A DNA stretch of 39,468 nt from Candidatus Margulisiibacteriota bacterium (GCA_034723395.1 JAYEOW010000028.1:1-39468), one strand, 5' to 3'; shown: positions 9,743 to 19,945, numbered from the stretch's first letter. The notes: generated by a model from the letters alone, not told the origin. Numbers and translations are program-made.

Positions 9743-9890
9743 ATTTGCTCCCTTTGAATTTATAGTAAATATCTCTGAGGCACTGCATTGTATCCCATTT
9801 TTCTCTTGCTGACATTTGTAGATAGTCTTCTATGTCTGCCTCCTCGGCCGCTTTAAATGATCTGAATTTTTTTATCCATAGCTTCTTCAT
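9684..9890 (-). CDS. Small hypothetical protein paired with the nucleotidyltransferase
   Basis: 68-aa ORF; ATGA overlap with the leuC stop; overlaps the NTase start. Confidence 0.65.
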   Translation of the reverse strand: MKKLWIKKFRSFKAAEEADIEDYLQMSAREKWDTMQCLRDIYYKFKGSKYEKGKGLRRVFRIVKQTQG

Positions 9891-11167
9891 AGATCCTCCG
9901 GGCTGATAATTCGTCCAGCAATGGCCGAAGCAGCAGCAACCGCAACATTTGAAAGATAAACTTCAGATTTTGGATGGCCCATTCTTCCCACAAAGTTGCG
10001 ATTAGTAGTCGCGATCGCTTTTTCACCTTCGGCCAGAATTCCCATATGTCCGCCGAGACAAGGTCCGCAGGTAGGGGTAGAAACCACCGCGCCGGCCTTA
10101 ATAAATGTTTCGGTCAGCCCTCCTTTAATCATTTGAAGTTCGATCTTTTGCGTTGCGGGAATAACCAGAAGGCGGACGTTTGGATTTACTTTCTTACCTT
10201 TAATGACCTTTGCCGCGATCCGCATATCTTCAATTCTTCCATTGGTGCACGACCCGATCACCGATTGGTCGATCTTTACCCGGCTGCATTTACTGACAGG
10301 TTTGGTGTTGCTGGGAAGATGGGGGAAGGCAACCTGCGGTTCGATCTTTGAGACATCCCAGTTGTAAACTTTTTTATATATTGCTCCGGGATCCGATCTT
10401 AATGACGAATTCCGAATGACGAATGACGAATTAATGTTTTTTATCTTATTTTTAAGATACTGATAGACTTTTATGTCAGGTTCAAATATCCCGTTCTTTC
10501 CCCCTGCCTCGATCGCCATGTTGGCTATGGTAAGTCTTCCTTCAACCGAAATGTTTCGAATAACCGGACCGGTGAATTCCATCGACATATAGCGGGCGCC
10601 GTCGACGCCGATCATTCCGATTGTGTATAGGATTAGATCTTTAGGCTCGACCCATTTGCCGAGTTTGCCGCGATAAATAAACTTAAGCTGTTCTGGAACC
10701 TTAAGCCAAACCTCTCCGGTAGCCATCGCGGCTGCCATGTCAGTCGATCCTACGCCGGAAGAAAAAGCTCCCAGCGCGCCATAGGTGCAGGTATGGGAAT
10801 CGGCACCGATAACCAGGTCTCCGGGTTTGATTGCGCCCATTTCAGGGAGTAGGGCATGTTCGATCCCCATAGAGCCGATCTCAAAGAAGTTTACGATCCC
10901 GTATTTCTTCGCGAAATGGCGCATCATCTTAACCTGTTCGGCCGATTTAATATCTTTAGCCGGGGTAAAATGATCGGGAACCAGATAGATTTTTTTCTTA
11001 TCAAATACTTTTCTTACCCCGATCTTCTCGAACTCTTTAATCGCCGTAGGTGCGGTAATATCATTTCCGAGCACAACATCAATTTTACAGCTAATTAATT
11101 GTCCCGGTTCAATCTTCTTGAGCCCGGCATGTTTAGCGAGTATTTTTTGGGTTATGGTTTGTGCCAT
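9887..11167 (-). CDS. leuC: 3-isopropylmalate dehydratase large subunit
   Basis: [40 protein letters not shown]. Confidence 0.95.
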   Translation of the reverse strand: MAQTITQKILAKHAGLKKIEPGQLISCKIDVVLGNDITAPTAIKEFEKIGVRKVFDKKKIYLVPDHFTPAKDIKSAEQVKMMRHFAKKYGIVNFFEIGSMGIEHALLPEMGAIKPGDLVIGADSHTCTYGALGAFSSGVGSTDMAAAMATGEVWLKVPEQLKFIYRGKLGKWVEPKDLILYTIGMIGVDGARYMSMEFTGPVIRNISVEGRLTIANMAIEAGGKNGIFEPDIKVYQYLKNKIKNINSSFVIRNSSLRSDPGAIYKKVYNWDVSKIEPQVAFPHLPSNTKPVSKCSRVKIDQSVIGSCTNGRIEDMRIAAKVIKGKKVNPNVRLLVIPATQKIELQMIKGGLTETFIKAGAVVSTPTCGPCLGGHMGILAEGEKAIATTNRNFVGRMGHPKSEVYLSNVAVAAASAIAGRIISPEDL

Positions 11168-11187
11168 GGTTCAAATATTCTATATGA

Positions 11188-12189
11188 TTATCTTTTAGAG
11201 GTCAACTGACCGCAAGCCGCTGAGATATCCTGGCCCAAACTGAACCTCCGGGTGACTAAAATGTTTGCTTTCCTTAATGCCGATTCCAGGCGATCGATGT
11301 TCCCCGTGATAAAGGGGGAAGAATGATGAGGATTATAAGCAATGAGATTAACATGGCAATCGAACTCCCGGGCGATCTTGATCAGTTTTTTAATATCTTT
11401 TTCGCCGTCATTGATCCCTTTTAACACAACATATTCGATCATTACCCTTCGTTTGGTCTTTTTCTGATAATCCTGGATCGCGATTATGACCGAATCGATC
11501 GGGGCCAATCCTTCGTATTCGATCAAGGTACTCCTCATCTGGTCAAAAGGGGATACCAGCGACCAGGCGAGGCGGAACTGACGCTTTTCGTCCGCCAATC
11601 TTTTTATTCCGGAGATGATGCCGATAGTAGAAATGGAAATCCTGCGCGCGCCGATATTCAATCCGCATTCATCGTTTAATATATAGGCTGCTTTGATCAC
11701 ATTGTCGTAATTAAGAAAGGGTTCGCCCATCCCCATAAAGACGATATTTGAGACCGTACTTTTTTTAGCAAAGAAATAAGCCTGCGAGAGGATCTCTCCT
11801 ACGGTTAGGCTCCGCTTAAAGCCCATCGCCCCGGTAGCGCAGAAGCTGCAGCCGATCGCGCAGCCGACCTGGGTCGATACGCAAACTGTTTTGCGGTCTT
11901 TCCGGTGGTCCATAAACGCGGTTTCGACCCGTTTATTATCCTTTAATACAAAAGCCGCTTTTTTTATCTGTTTCCCTTTTTGGAGTTTATCCAGCTCGAT
12001 ATCGGAGATGAAGTACTCTTTCGCCAGCTTTTCGCGCTCTTCTTTCTTGATAGTGGATAAAAGATTAAGGTTGGTCTTTAATTTCTTATGGATAAAGGTA
12101 AAGATCTCCTTAGCCTTGAACTTTTTCATCCCAAGGCCGGCACAGATCTCGATCAATTCAGCTAGTGTTAGTTCTTTTAAATCGTGCAC
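11188..12189 (-). CDS. rlmN: RlmN/Cfr-family radical SAM RNA methyltransferase
   Basis: CVSTQVGCAIGCSFCATG (CxxxCxxC), MGMGEP, GQDISAACGQL. Confidence 0.88.
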   Translation of the reverse strand: MHDLKELTLAELIEICAGLGMKKFKAKEIFTFIHKKLKTNLNLLSTIKKEEREKLAKEYFISDIELDKLQKGKQIKKAAFVLKDNKRVETAFMDHRKDRKTVCVSTQVGCAIGCSFCATGAMGFKRSLTVGEILSQAYFFAKKSTVSNIVFMGMGEPFLNYDNVIKAAYILNDECGLNIGARRISISTIGIISGIKRLADEKRQFRLAWSLVSPFDQMRSTLIEYEGLAPIDSVIIAIQDYQKKTKRRVMIEYVVLKGINDGEKDIKKLIKIAREFDCHVNLIAYNPHHSSPFITGNIDRLESALRKANILVTRRFSLGQDISAACGQLTSKR

Positions 12190-12216
12190 ACTAGCATTTT
12201 AGCATAGATTCGATAG

Positions 12217-13665
12217 CTATTGCCGTGTAAACCAGGTCTCCTCGCCGTTACGCTGACCATCAGCCGATTCGGAAACCGGAACAATATAATATGTTTCCGG
12301 AGTTACGGTGCTGATCGTGGCGGTAAGGGTAGAGGCCGCTGGCACATCGGTTACCGGGACTGCATAGGAATTGGTTGGTACGCCATAGGGAGCACTCCCT
12401 TCGCAGGTGCCGACCGTTACCGAATAGGTTAGGCCGCTCAATAGATTTCCATCCTCATCCAGCGGTTTACTAAAGACAATCTGCAGTGAATTTGAGTTGT
12501 AAGTTACCGGATCGCTGTTTACCCCTTGGGTAGAAGGCATAGTTATAGTGTTGTAAGTATTGATCTTTGACCAATCCGTCATTACATAAGCAGTACTTAT
12601 AAAAAAGTCCTGATAATTGCCTGCCCCGTAGTGGACGCGTACGGTGAATATGTCGCCAACGTTCATGATCGCTTTGGGAATCAGGAGAACAGTCCATTCG
12701 TTATTTGTAAGAGTAGTCGTCTTGTAGAGATTGTAATTTACGCTGCTCCAAAGTGTACCTTCGGATGGATAGCTTTCTGGTGATCCGATTGAATCTGAAT
12801 TCCAGATGATGGCTGCGTTAGCGATCGAGGCGGGGACGCCGACTACTTCGACGCTAACGATCTCATTTAATTTGCCACTTTTTGGGACAACATGGATGCG
12901 CATTAGAATAATATCTTCGGCGGGAGAAGTGGTCCCATGGTCGGCCCAAATGTTGCTGGAAATGTAAACCGTTTCAATCGTATTGCTAACAACGGTTGCT
13001 GAAGTTGGATTGGATGCGATCCCGTTGCGGATCCCGTCGTTATCTTCGTCAGCGTCAAACACGTTTGGAATACCATCCTGGTCGATGTCTGCCCCTGTGC
13101 GGTTGGTGATCCCGCTTTGTTCGGTTTTTCCATCGTTGCCTGCGCCCTGAGGAACTCCGTTGGTCGCGACCGCGGTTGCGTCCGCATTAGCAGAGTTCGG
13201 CACAGTTGATGGTTGTGCCATCGATTTTGAGCTGTCTAATACAATTGACCCAAGGTCGGTGTCGGAAGAAAGGTCGATCCCGGTGACGACCTCGGAACTT
13301 GAAGTGTCGCCGACCATAACGATCGGGCCGAAATATTGGGAATCACTGTCGATCAGGCTGACTTCATAGGAAACTCCGGAAGGGACGCTGACCGAAAAAT
13401 CTCCGGAGCTATCGGTGTTGCCATAGTATGTTTGTCCGGTTGCATTATCAACCGCGACAACATTGTAATTCGAAACGGCAGCAAAACTTTTTATTCCGGC
13501 GCTGCTGATGGTGCCGGTCGCGATTGAGCCGGAAAGGGCTATGCTCGGTGCGCTTGGAAGGGTTGTGGTAGTCGCGTCACCGGTCTGTTGTCCGCAGCCC
13601 AAACTGTAGAGCATTATCATCGAAGCCATCGACAGGATCATTCCAAAAATCACTACTTTTTTCAT
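12217..13665 (-). CDS. Ser/Thr-rich surface lipoprotein with DxDxDG calcium-binding-like motifs
   Basis: Start at ATG 13665 after AGGGG; hydrophobic leader ending in the lipobox SLG-C; DIDQDGIPNVFDADEDNDG. Confidence 0.75.
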   Translation of the reverse strand: MKKVVIFGMILSMASMIMLYSLGCGQQTGDATTTTLPSAPSIALSGSIATGTISSAGIKSFAAVSNYNVVAVDNATGQTYYGNTDSSGDFSVSVPSGVSYEVSLIDSDSQYFGPIVMVGDTSSSEVVTGIDLSSDTDLGSIVLDSSKSMAQPSTVPNSANADATAVATNGVPQGAGNDGKTEQSGITNRTGADIDQDGIPNVFDADEDNDGIRNGIASNPTSATVVSNTIETVYISSNIWADHGTTSPAEDIILMRIHVVPKSGKLNEIVSVEVVGVPASIANAAIIWNSDSIGSPESYPSEGTLWSSVNYNLYKTTTLTNNEWTVLLIPKAIMNVGDIFTVRVHYGAGNYQDFFISTAYVMTDWSKINTYNTITMPSTQGVNSDPVTYNSNSLQIVFSKPLDEDGNLLSGLTYSVTVGTCEGSAPYGVPTNSYAVPVTDVPAASTLTATISTVTPETYYIVPVSESADGQRNGEETWFTRQ

Positions 13666-13726
13666 TTTATTTCCCCTTTCATAATCATTCAATAAATTCT
13701 ATGATTATGTTAGAATGGTGATAATT

Positions 13727-15004
13727 ATGACACAGAGATTAGAGGCGTTAAAGGGGAATATTACCGAAGCGATGAGGCAGGTCGCGGGGGACGAGGGACG
13801 GGCGCCGGAAGAGATCCGCGCGGGGATCGCTCAGGGAGTGATCTCGATCCCATTTAATCCGCTGCACAAAAATTGCAGGGCGACAGGCGTAGGCAAAGGC
13901 TTAGGCACCAAGGTGAACGCCAATATCGGGACCTCCGTGGATTTTCCCAATCTTGAAGACGAATTAAAAAAACTCGAGTCCGCCTTAGATGCTAAGACCG
14001 ATTTTGTGATGGACCTTTCAACCGGCGGCGATATTACCGCGATCCGTAAAGCGGTCCTCAAAGCGTGTCCGGTCCCGCTCGGGACCGTTCCGGTCTATCA
14101 GGCGATCGTCGAGGATAAGATGACCCCTGAAGGGATGTTTGATGTGGTCGAACAGCAGGCGCAGGAAGGGGTAGATTTTATGACCATCCACTGCGGGGTA
14201 ACCCTTGAAACGATCGGTCGATTAAAAAAACATCCGCGTTTAATGGAAGTCGTTTCCCGCGGCGGCGCTCTGATGATGAAGTGGATCCTGGATAATAAAG
14301 AGGAGAATCCGTTTTACAAATATTATGATCGATTATTAGAAATTTCCCGCAAGTATGATATTACGCTTTCATTAGGTGATGGGATGCGGCCGGGGGCGAT
14401 TGTCGATGCCGGTGACCAGGCACAAATTCAAGAATTAGTTGTTTTGGGGGACCTGACCGAAAGGGCCTGGAAAGCGGGGGTTCAGGTTATTATAGAAGGG
14501 CCGGGGCATGTCCCGTATGACCAGATCGTATCCCAGATCAAGATGCAGAAAGAGATCTGCAAAGGAGCGCCGTTCTACGTTCTCGGACCGCTGCCGACTG
14601 ACGCTGCCCCAGGATACGATCATATTACCGCAGCCATTGGCGGCACATTGGCTGCGTCTGCCGGCGCCGACTTCTTATGTTATGTAACTCCGACCGAACA
14701 TTTAGGGCTGCCAAACCCGGAGGATGTCCGCGAAGGGGTGATCGCTTCGCGGATCGCCGCTCACTGCGCGGATATAGCAAAAGGTATTCCCGGGGCCAAA
14801 GATTGGGATATTGAAATGTCCAAAGCCCGTAAAGAGTTGAATTGGGCCAAACAGATCGAGCTGGCGATCGACCCCAAGAAAGCTAAAGAAATTTATTCCA
14901 GAAGAGAACCTTTATCCTCCGAAGCTCGTAAGAGCGAAGGAGGATGTTCGATGTGCGGTGAATTCTGCGCGATGAAAGTCTCGACCGAAGCGCTGAAAAA
15001 GTAA
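13727..15004 (+). CDS. thiC: Phosphomethylpyrimidine synthase (short ThiC/Bza-family form)
   Basis: KVNANIGTS, MDLSTGG, SRGG, LSLGDGMRPG, EGPGHVP, PGYDHIT, C-terminal CSMCGEFC. Confidence 0.9.
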   Translation: MTQRLEALKGNITEAMRQVAGDEGRAPEEIRAGIAQGVISIPFNPLHKNCRATGVGKGLGTKVNANIGTSVDFPNLEDELKKLESALDAKTDFVMDLSTGGDITAIRKAVLKACPVPLGTVPVYQAIVEDKMTPEGMFDVVEQQAQEGVDFMTIHCGVTLETIGRLKKHPRLMEVVSRGGALMMKWILDNKEENPFYKYYDRLLEISRKYDITLSLGDGMRPGAIVDAGDQAQIQELVVLGDLTERAWKAGVQVIIEGPGHVPYDQIVSQIKMQKEICKGAPFYVLGPLPTDAAPGYDHITAAIGGTLAASAGADFLCYVTPTEHLGLPNPEDVREGVIASRIAAHCADIAKGIPGAKDWDIEMSKARKELNWAKQIELAIDPKKAKEIYSRREPLSSEARKSEGGCSMCGEFCAMKVSTEALKK

Positions 15005-15015
15005 CAACGCCTCTC

Positions 15016-15044
15016 TTGACAAAAAACATTTTTACAAGTAAGAT
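15016..15044 (+). promoter_or_regulatory. sigma70-type promoter of the lipid cluster
   Basis: TTGACA, 17-nt spacer, TAAGAT; GGAGG SD before ATG 15134. Confidence 0.7.
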
Positions 15045-15133
15045 TTTCGTTGTTGTATTTTTGCAGAAAGTCAGCCTCGTTTTTTGTCTGACCTTTTTTG
15101 CTTTTCATTAAAATAATATAGATAGGAGGAATC

Positions 15134-16279
15134 ATGGATTTTTCACTTGACGAGAACCAGCAAATGTATGTGGGTTTGGCTAAGGATTTTGTTAAAAAGG
15201 AGATACAACCCAAAATATTGGAGCTGGATAATAAGCACGACTTCCCGCGCGATATCATGAAGAAAGCATGGGAAGTGGGGTTTATGAACCTGTGTGTTTC
15301 GGAAGAATATGGTGGATTAGGGGCCGATCCGATTGCAATTGCATTGATTGTCGAGGAAATTGCTTATGGATGTTCTGGTATTGCAACGTCGGTTATGTGC
15401 AATGATTTGGCAAATGCGGTAATTGCAATCCATGGCAGCCATGAACAAAAGGAAAAGTTTTTAAAACCCTTTACAGAAAAACCACTTCTTTCAAGCTTTT
15501 GTTTGACTGAGGCGGAGGCGGGATCTGACAATTTGGCCATGACAACTTTTATCAAAAAAAGGGAAGATGGCAAGTATGTATTAAATGGGACCAAGCAATT
15601 TATTACCAATGCTACATATGCTGACCAATATTCGGTTTTTTGTAAGCTTAGTAGTGTAAAATCACAATTAATGTCTTGTGTTATTGTTCCCAAAAATCCA
15701 GAAGAAGGAAAAGTTATCCCTGGAAAACCCGAAGCCAAATTAGGGCAACATCTTTCAAATACAGCAGAAGTTACTTTCGAGGATGTTGTTGTTGATCCTT
15801 CTCAAATTATTGGGAACCGACGCTTAGGTTTCAAATATTTAATTGACGTTCTTGATTATTCAAGGCCTATGATCGCGGCCATTGGAGCTGGGATTGCGCG
15901 CAAGGCTTATGATCTTACTTTAGAATATACAAAAAATAGAGTCCAATTTGGTACGCGCATTTGTGATATGCCTGTTGCGCGTGAAACCTTAGTTAAGATG
16001 TACAATAAAATGAGAGTTGCTCAAGTTATGACCCAATACTCTGCTTGGAAACTCAAAGAAAATCATGAAGATAAAGGAATCTATGCTTCACTAGCAAAAA
16101 ATATGGCTGCTGAAGCCTGTATTTTCAATGCTAATGAAGGCCTACATTTACATGGAGGTTACGGATTCACTTCAGAATATGAGATTTCAAAATTGGCCCG
16201 TGACGCGCATATTATTGATATTTATGAAGGTACGCGCGAGGTACAAACCATGATTCAAGGGCGGGAGTTAGTTTCTTAG
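15134..16279 (+). CDS. Acyl-CoA (possibly acyl-ACP) dehydrogenase
   Basis: FCLTEAEAGSD, NGTKQFITN, RVQFG, HGGYGF, IYEGT with the catalytic Glu. Confidence 0.92.
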   Translation: MDFSLDENQQMYVGLAKDFVKKEIQPKILELDNKHDFPRDIMKKAWEVGFMNLCVSEEYGGLGADPIAIALIVEEIAYGCSGIATSVMCNDLANAVIAIHGSHEQKEKFLKPFTEKPLLSSFCLTEAEAGSDNLAMTTFIKKREDGKYVLNGTKQFITNATYADQYSVFCKLSSVKSQLMSCVIVPKNPEEGKVIPGKPEAKLGQHLSNTAEVTFEDVVVDPSQIIGNRRLGFKYLIDVLDYSRPMIAAIGAGIARKAYDLTLEYTKNRVQFGTRICDMPVARETLVKMYNKMRVAQVMTQYSAWKLKENHEDKGIYASLAKNMAAEACIFNANEGLHLHGGYGFTSEYEISKLARDAHIIDIYEGTREVQTMIQGRELVS

Positions 16280-16281
16280 CT

Positions 16282-16938
16282 GTGGAAATATTTATAAATG
16301 ATGAAGAATTATCAAATGTTAGTTTTGGTAATAGCACTTATCAGAAAAAAATAATCGATCAAAAAGCGGACGCCAATTGGGTTTGCAGGTTGCCGCACGG
16401 ACCGATGAAGATGCTGGACCGGGCGTGGTATGATTTTGAAAAAGGCAAAGGCAAGTATGGCAAAGGCTATCTGCGCGCTGAAAAAGACATAACCCCTGAC
16501 GACTGGTATTTTTATGCCCATTTTCTGGGTGATCCTGTAATGCCCGGGACAATTGGGATCGATGGTTGTTATCAATGCTTGGGGACAACTCTTTTGATCA
16601 TGGGCTGCAAAGGAGTTGCGCGTGCCCTCGCAGGGAAATTTGAATATACAGGGCAGGTTTTAACCAGTGTCAAGAAAACTGTATATCGTATGGATATTAA
16701 ACGCTTTTTTTCAAAACCTTCTCCATTATTAATTGCGGATGTAGACTATTTTAAAGATGATGATAAAGAGCCTATTTATAAATTAAGAGATGCCAGGATG
16801 GGTTTTTTTAAAGAGGGGGAGCTGGAGAGATCGCCTGCTTACCGACCGGACTGGAACAAAGTAAAAGAAAAAGCTTTGGCAGAAATTGATGCGAGTAGAG
16901 AGTACTATCTTAAGAATTTTGGGAAAGAAGGCTATTAG
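16282..16938 (+). CDS. fabA: FabA-type 3-hydroxyacyl-ACP dehydratase/isomerase with terminal extensions
   Basis: RLPHGPMKMLDR and HFLGDPVMPGTIGIDG (His/Asp dyad as in FabA), GQVL. Confidence 0.8.
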   Translation: MEIFINDEELSNVSFGNSTYQKKIIDQKADANWVCRLPHGPMKMLDRAWYDFEKGKGKYGKGYLRAEKDITPDDWYFYAHFLGDPVMPGTIGIDGCYQCLGTTLLIMGCKGVARALAGKFEYTGQVLTSVKKTVYRMDIKRFFSKPSPLLIADVDYFKDDDKEPIYKLRDARMGFFKEGELERSPAYRPDWNKVKEKALAEIDASREYYLKNFGKEGY

Positions 16939-16940
16939 CA

Positions 16941-17849
16941 TTGTATATAAATTGTCTTAAGAGCTATTTCCCAGATGAGATTTTAGATAACCGTTTTTTT
17001 GAAGAACGTCTTGATACGACAGATGACTGGATTGTTTCAAGGGTGGGGATAAAAGAACGCCGCAGATGTAATAATGATCAGCCCACACTTTTTTTGGGTG
17101 TTAATGCGGTAAGCCAGATTCCCAAGGAGCACTTAGAAGGAGTTGATTGCCTGGTAGTTGGGGTGTCGATTACCCAGTGGCAGATCCCGGCTACCGCCAA
17201 TCTTATTGCAGAAAAGCTTGGATTAGATGGTATTCCATGTTTTGATGTGCGTGCGGCTTGTAGTTCTTTTGTTTATGGGCTTAGGGTTATTAAGGGGTTG
17301 TTAGCTACCGGGTTTAAGAAGATTTTATTTGTTGTGCCTGAAGCCTACACAAGTGTGGTTGATTATAATGACCGTTCGTCATCAGTATTATGGGGAGATG
17401 GCGCCATAGCTTGTGTTATTTCTGGACAGGCACAAGGGCTGGAAGTTCTTGACCTGCTTATAAACTCAAAATCTTCCGGAGCCTACAAGGTGGCTGCCCG
17501 GGTAGGAGGTTATTTTTTTCAGGAGGGGACTAAGGTCCAAAGTTTTGCAGTGCGCTATAGTATAAAGGTTTCGCAGGAGATGCTCTCTAGAAATAATGTG
17601 TCCAGTATCGATTATCTGGTACTGCATCAGGCCAATTTGGTGATGATGAAGTCTGTCGCAAAAAATTTGGGGATAGAGGAGAATCGTCTTTTACATAATA
17701 TCGAACGCTATGGGAATACAGGGGCGGTGGGAGCCGCCTCGGTGCTTGCTGAAAATTGGGAAAAGGTAAAGGCCGGCGAGAAAGTGCTTATAACGGTGGT
17801 CGGGTCAGGACTTTCATGGGGATCAGTGTTGCTTAGGAAAAAAGGATAG
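16941..17849 (+). CDS. fabH: Ketoacyl-ACP synthase III family protein
   Basis: DTTDDWIVSRVGIKERR, AACSSF, HQAN, YGNT (Cys-His-Asn triad), GSGLSWG. Confidence 0.85.
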   Translation: MYINCLKSYFPDEILDNRFFEERLDTTDDWIVSRVGIKERRRCNNDQPTLFLGVNAVSQIPKEHLEGVDCLVVGVSITQWQIPATANLIAEKLGLDGIPCFDVRAACSSFVYGLRVIKGLLATGFKKILFVVPEAYTSVVDYNDRSSSVLWGDGAIACVISGQAQGLEVLDLLINSKSSGAYKVAARVGGYFFQEGTKVQSFAVRYSIKVSQEMLSRNNVSSIDYLVLHQANLVMMKSVAKNLGIEENRLLHNIERYGNTGAVGAASVLAENWEKVKAGEKVLITVVGSGLSWGSVLLRKKG

Positions 17850-17872
17850 ATAAAACATCATGTTTTTGACTC

Positions 17873-17902
17873 TTGATTTAATGTGTAAGGAAAGTATATA
17901 AT
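17873..17902 (+). promoter_or_regulatory. Internal promoter upstream of fabZ
   Basis: TTGATT, 18-nt spacer, TATAAT, 7 nt before ATG 17910. Confidence 0.55.
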
Positions 17903-17909
17903 ACATGAA

Positions 17910-18389
17910 ATGTTGTTAAAACCAACTGATATATTGCCGCAGCAGCAGCCCTTTTTGTTTTTGGACGAATATGTCGAGTTGGACGCAAAGCACTGTCTTG
18001 CAAAATATACGTTTAAGAAAGATGAGTGGTTCTTTTCCGGCCATTTTCCCAATAACCCGGTAGTTCCCGGGGTTGTGTTGATCGAGGCTATGGCCCAGGC
18101 GGGCGTGGTAAGTATCGGGATATTTAATCTTGCCCAAAAGTATAATATTCCTTTTGCTGAAGTAAAAAATCAGCGTTTGGCATTGTTTACCAAGGTAAGG
18201 GAGGTTGAGTTTTTGGAAACGGTCAAACCTGGAGAAACTGTGTTTATTTCATGTCACCAGATATTTTACCGTTTTAATAGGTCGGAAACAGTTGGAGAAG
18301 TATATAAAATGGTGAATGGGGAAAGGAGGATCGTTTGCACTCATAAAAGTATATTCGGCCAAGGAGTAAAAATTGTTAAGGGAGGGTAA
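17910..18389 (+). CDS. fabZ: FabZ-type 3-hydroxyacyl-ACP dehydratase
   Basis: LPQQQPFLFLD and GHFPNNPVVPGVVLIEAMAQ (His/Glu dyad). Confidence 0.85.
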   Translation: MLLKPTDILPQQQPFLFLDEYVELDAKHCLAKYTFKKDEWFFSGHFPNNPVVPGVVLIEAMAQAGVVSIGIFNLAQKYNIPFAEVKNQRLALFTKVREVEFLETVKPGETVFISCHQIFYRFNRSETVGEVYKMVNGERRIVCTHKSIFGQGVKIVKGG

Positions 18390-18391
18390 AA

Positions 18392-18649
18392 ATGGAAAGA
18401 AGTGAAGTCATTAAAGGTTTAAAAGAAATTTTGGCTCCTTATTTGGGAGTAGAGAAAGATAAGTTAGAGGCAGCGGTCGAGACAACTGATATTAATAACG
18501 AACTGGGAGTAAAATCAACCGATACAGTAAACATTGTTTTGGATTTGGAAAACAAATGGGACATAGCTTTCGAAGATGAAGAGATTGATGGGTTAAACGA
18601 AGTAACTATCAAATCTGTTACTGATCTTGTTATGTCAAAAAAATCTTAA
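18392..18649 (+). CDS. Acyl carrier protein with a non-canonical LGVKST attachment motif
   Basis: 85-aa acidic protein; ELGVKSTDTVNIVLDLENKWDIAFEDEE aligns with DLGxDSLDxVELVMxLEExFxIxIxDEE. Confidence 0.85.
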   Translation: MERSEVIKGLKEILAPYLGVEKDKLEAAVETTDINNELGVKSTDTVNIVLDLENKWDIAFEDEEIDGLNEVTIKSVTDLVMSKKS

Positions 18650-18661
18650 GGAGTAACTTGT

Positions 18662-19945
18662 ATGGCTGATGTTGCAATTGTCGGGATGGGGGTTGTTAAT
18701 TCGCTGGGCAATGATCTGAACACCTTTTCTGAAAGTCTTCAGCAGGGGAAAATTGGCTATAAAACGATTCCGCTTCACGAGCAGTTAAATTTCAGGTCAA
18801 AAATTGCCAGTTATCCGGATGAGTCTAAAATCGATTACCAATCTTACGGAATAAAAATGCAGGATCTCTTAAGCTGCGATGATGTTGCCAGGTTTACTCT
18901 GGCGGCGGCTTCCCAAGCGGTTAGACAGGCCGGCATAAGTGAGGAAATGCTCAGGAGCCCTGATTGTGGGGTTTTGATTGGTTCCGGCTTGGGCGGGGGG
19001 AATGAATTTGCCGATCTTACTTTTTTATTGACCAATAGGCAACCGGTCTTTACAAAAGAGAAGAAGTGGAAGGTAGTTAATCCCAGGCCGAGAAATGTGG
19101 GGAGCCATAAAGTAGATTCCACCATGGCTTCTACTTGTTCGGCAAATACCTCGGTGTTCTTTAAAACCCAGGGGATGGGGGAGTCTTTAAGTTCTGCCTG
19201 CAGCACAGGTCTGGGAAACATTGGATATGCCTATCGCATGATCAAACACGGCTATCAAAAACGGGTGATATGCGGGGGGTCCGAGACCTCTTGTTGGAAT
19301 GTTGCCGCGGGCTTTGATGCTATGATGGTATTGTCTCCTACCGGTTCGCTTTCCCTGTCGGGAGAGAGGAGTGGTTTTGTAGCTGGAGCGGGGGCCGGCA
19401 TAGTTGTTTTGGAAGAACTTCAAAGCGTCCTGGATAGAGGGGCCAAACCCCTTGCTGTAATCAAGGGATTTTACAGCGGTTGCTGCGGCAGTGGGAATAT
19501 GACGGCTCCTTCCAGGGAGGGCCAGATTCGTTGTGTCGAAGGCGCCCTGGCGGATGGGCACCCAAATTGGGAAAGCAAGTTTGGGAAGGGCTGGAAACCG
19601 GATATCGTAAAATTACACGGCACCGCTACTCCTACCGGCGACGCAATTGAAGTCAAGTCGGTAGTTGAGTGTTTTGGTAAGGAAGGTTATCATTTAACCG
19701 CTCCCAAGGCTTTATTCGGCCATTTATTAGGAGCAGCCGGGTCAGTGGAATTAATATGCGCGGTGGATATGCTGCAGAAGGGTTATGTGGTTCCAAATAT
19801 TAATTGCGACCCTCTCGACCCTGAGTTGGAGTTTGTAACCCACCTCATCCCCAGGAAAATTGTTAAAGGGGATTTTAAGACCGCACTTTGCATATCTTTT
19901 GGTTTTGGCAGCACGAATGCCGGGATGATAATTGAAAAGGTATGA
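18662..19945 (+). CDS. Ketoacyl-ACP synthase I/II (FabB/FabF family)
   Basis: SSACSTG, HGTATPTGD, KALFGHLLGAAG (Cys-His-His triad), SFGFGSTN. Confidence 0.9.
   Translation: MADVAIVGMGVVNSLGNDLNTFSESLQQGKIGYKTIPLHEQLNFRSKIASYPDESKIDYQSYGIKMQDLLSCDDVARFTLAAASQAVRQAGISEEMLRSPDCGVLIGSGLGGGNEFADLTFLLTNRQPVFTKEKKWKVVNPRPRNVGSHKVDSTMASTCSANTSVFFKTQGMGESLSSACSTGLGNIGYAYRMIKHGYQKRVICGGSETSCWNVAAGFDAMMVLSPTGSLSLSGERSGFVAGAGAGIVVLEELQSVLDRGAKPLAVIKGFYSGCCGSGNMTAPSREGQIRCVEGALADGHPNWESKFGKGWKPDIVKLHGTATPTGDAIEVKSVVECFGKEGYHLTAPKALFGHLLGAAGSVELICAVDMLQKGYVVPNINCDPLDPELEFVTHLIPRKIVKGDFKTALCISFGFGSTNAGMIIEKV

Noticed and set aside
15063..15100. Weak hairpin in the lipid-cluster leader as a riboswitch or attenuator
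   Set aside because: Pairing is imperfect and matches no RNA family I recognise
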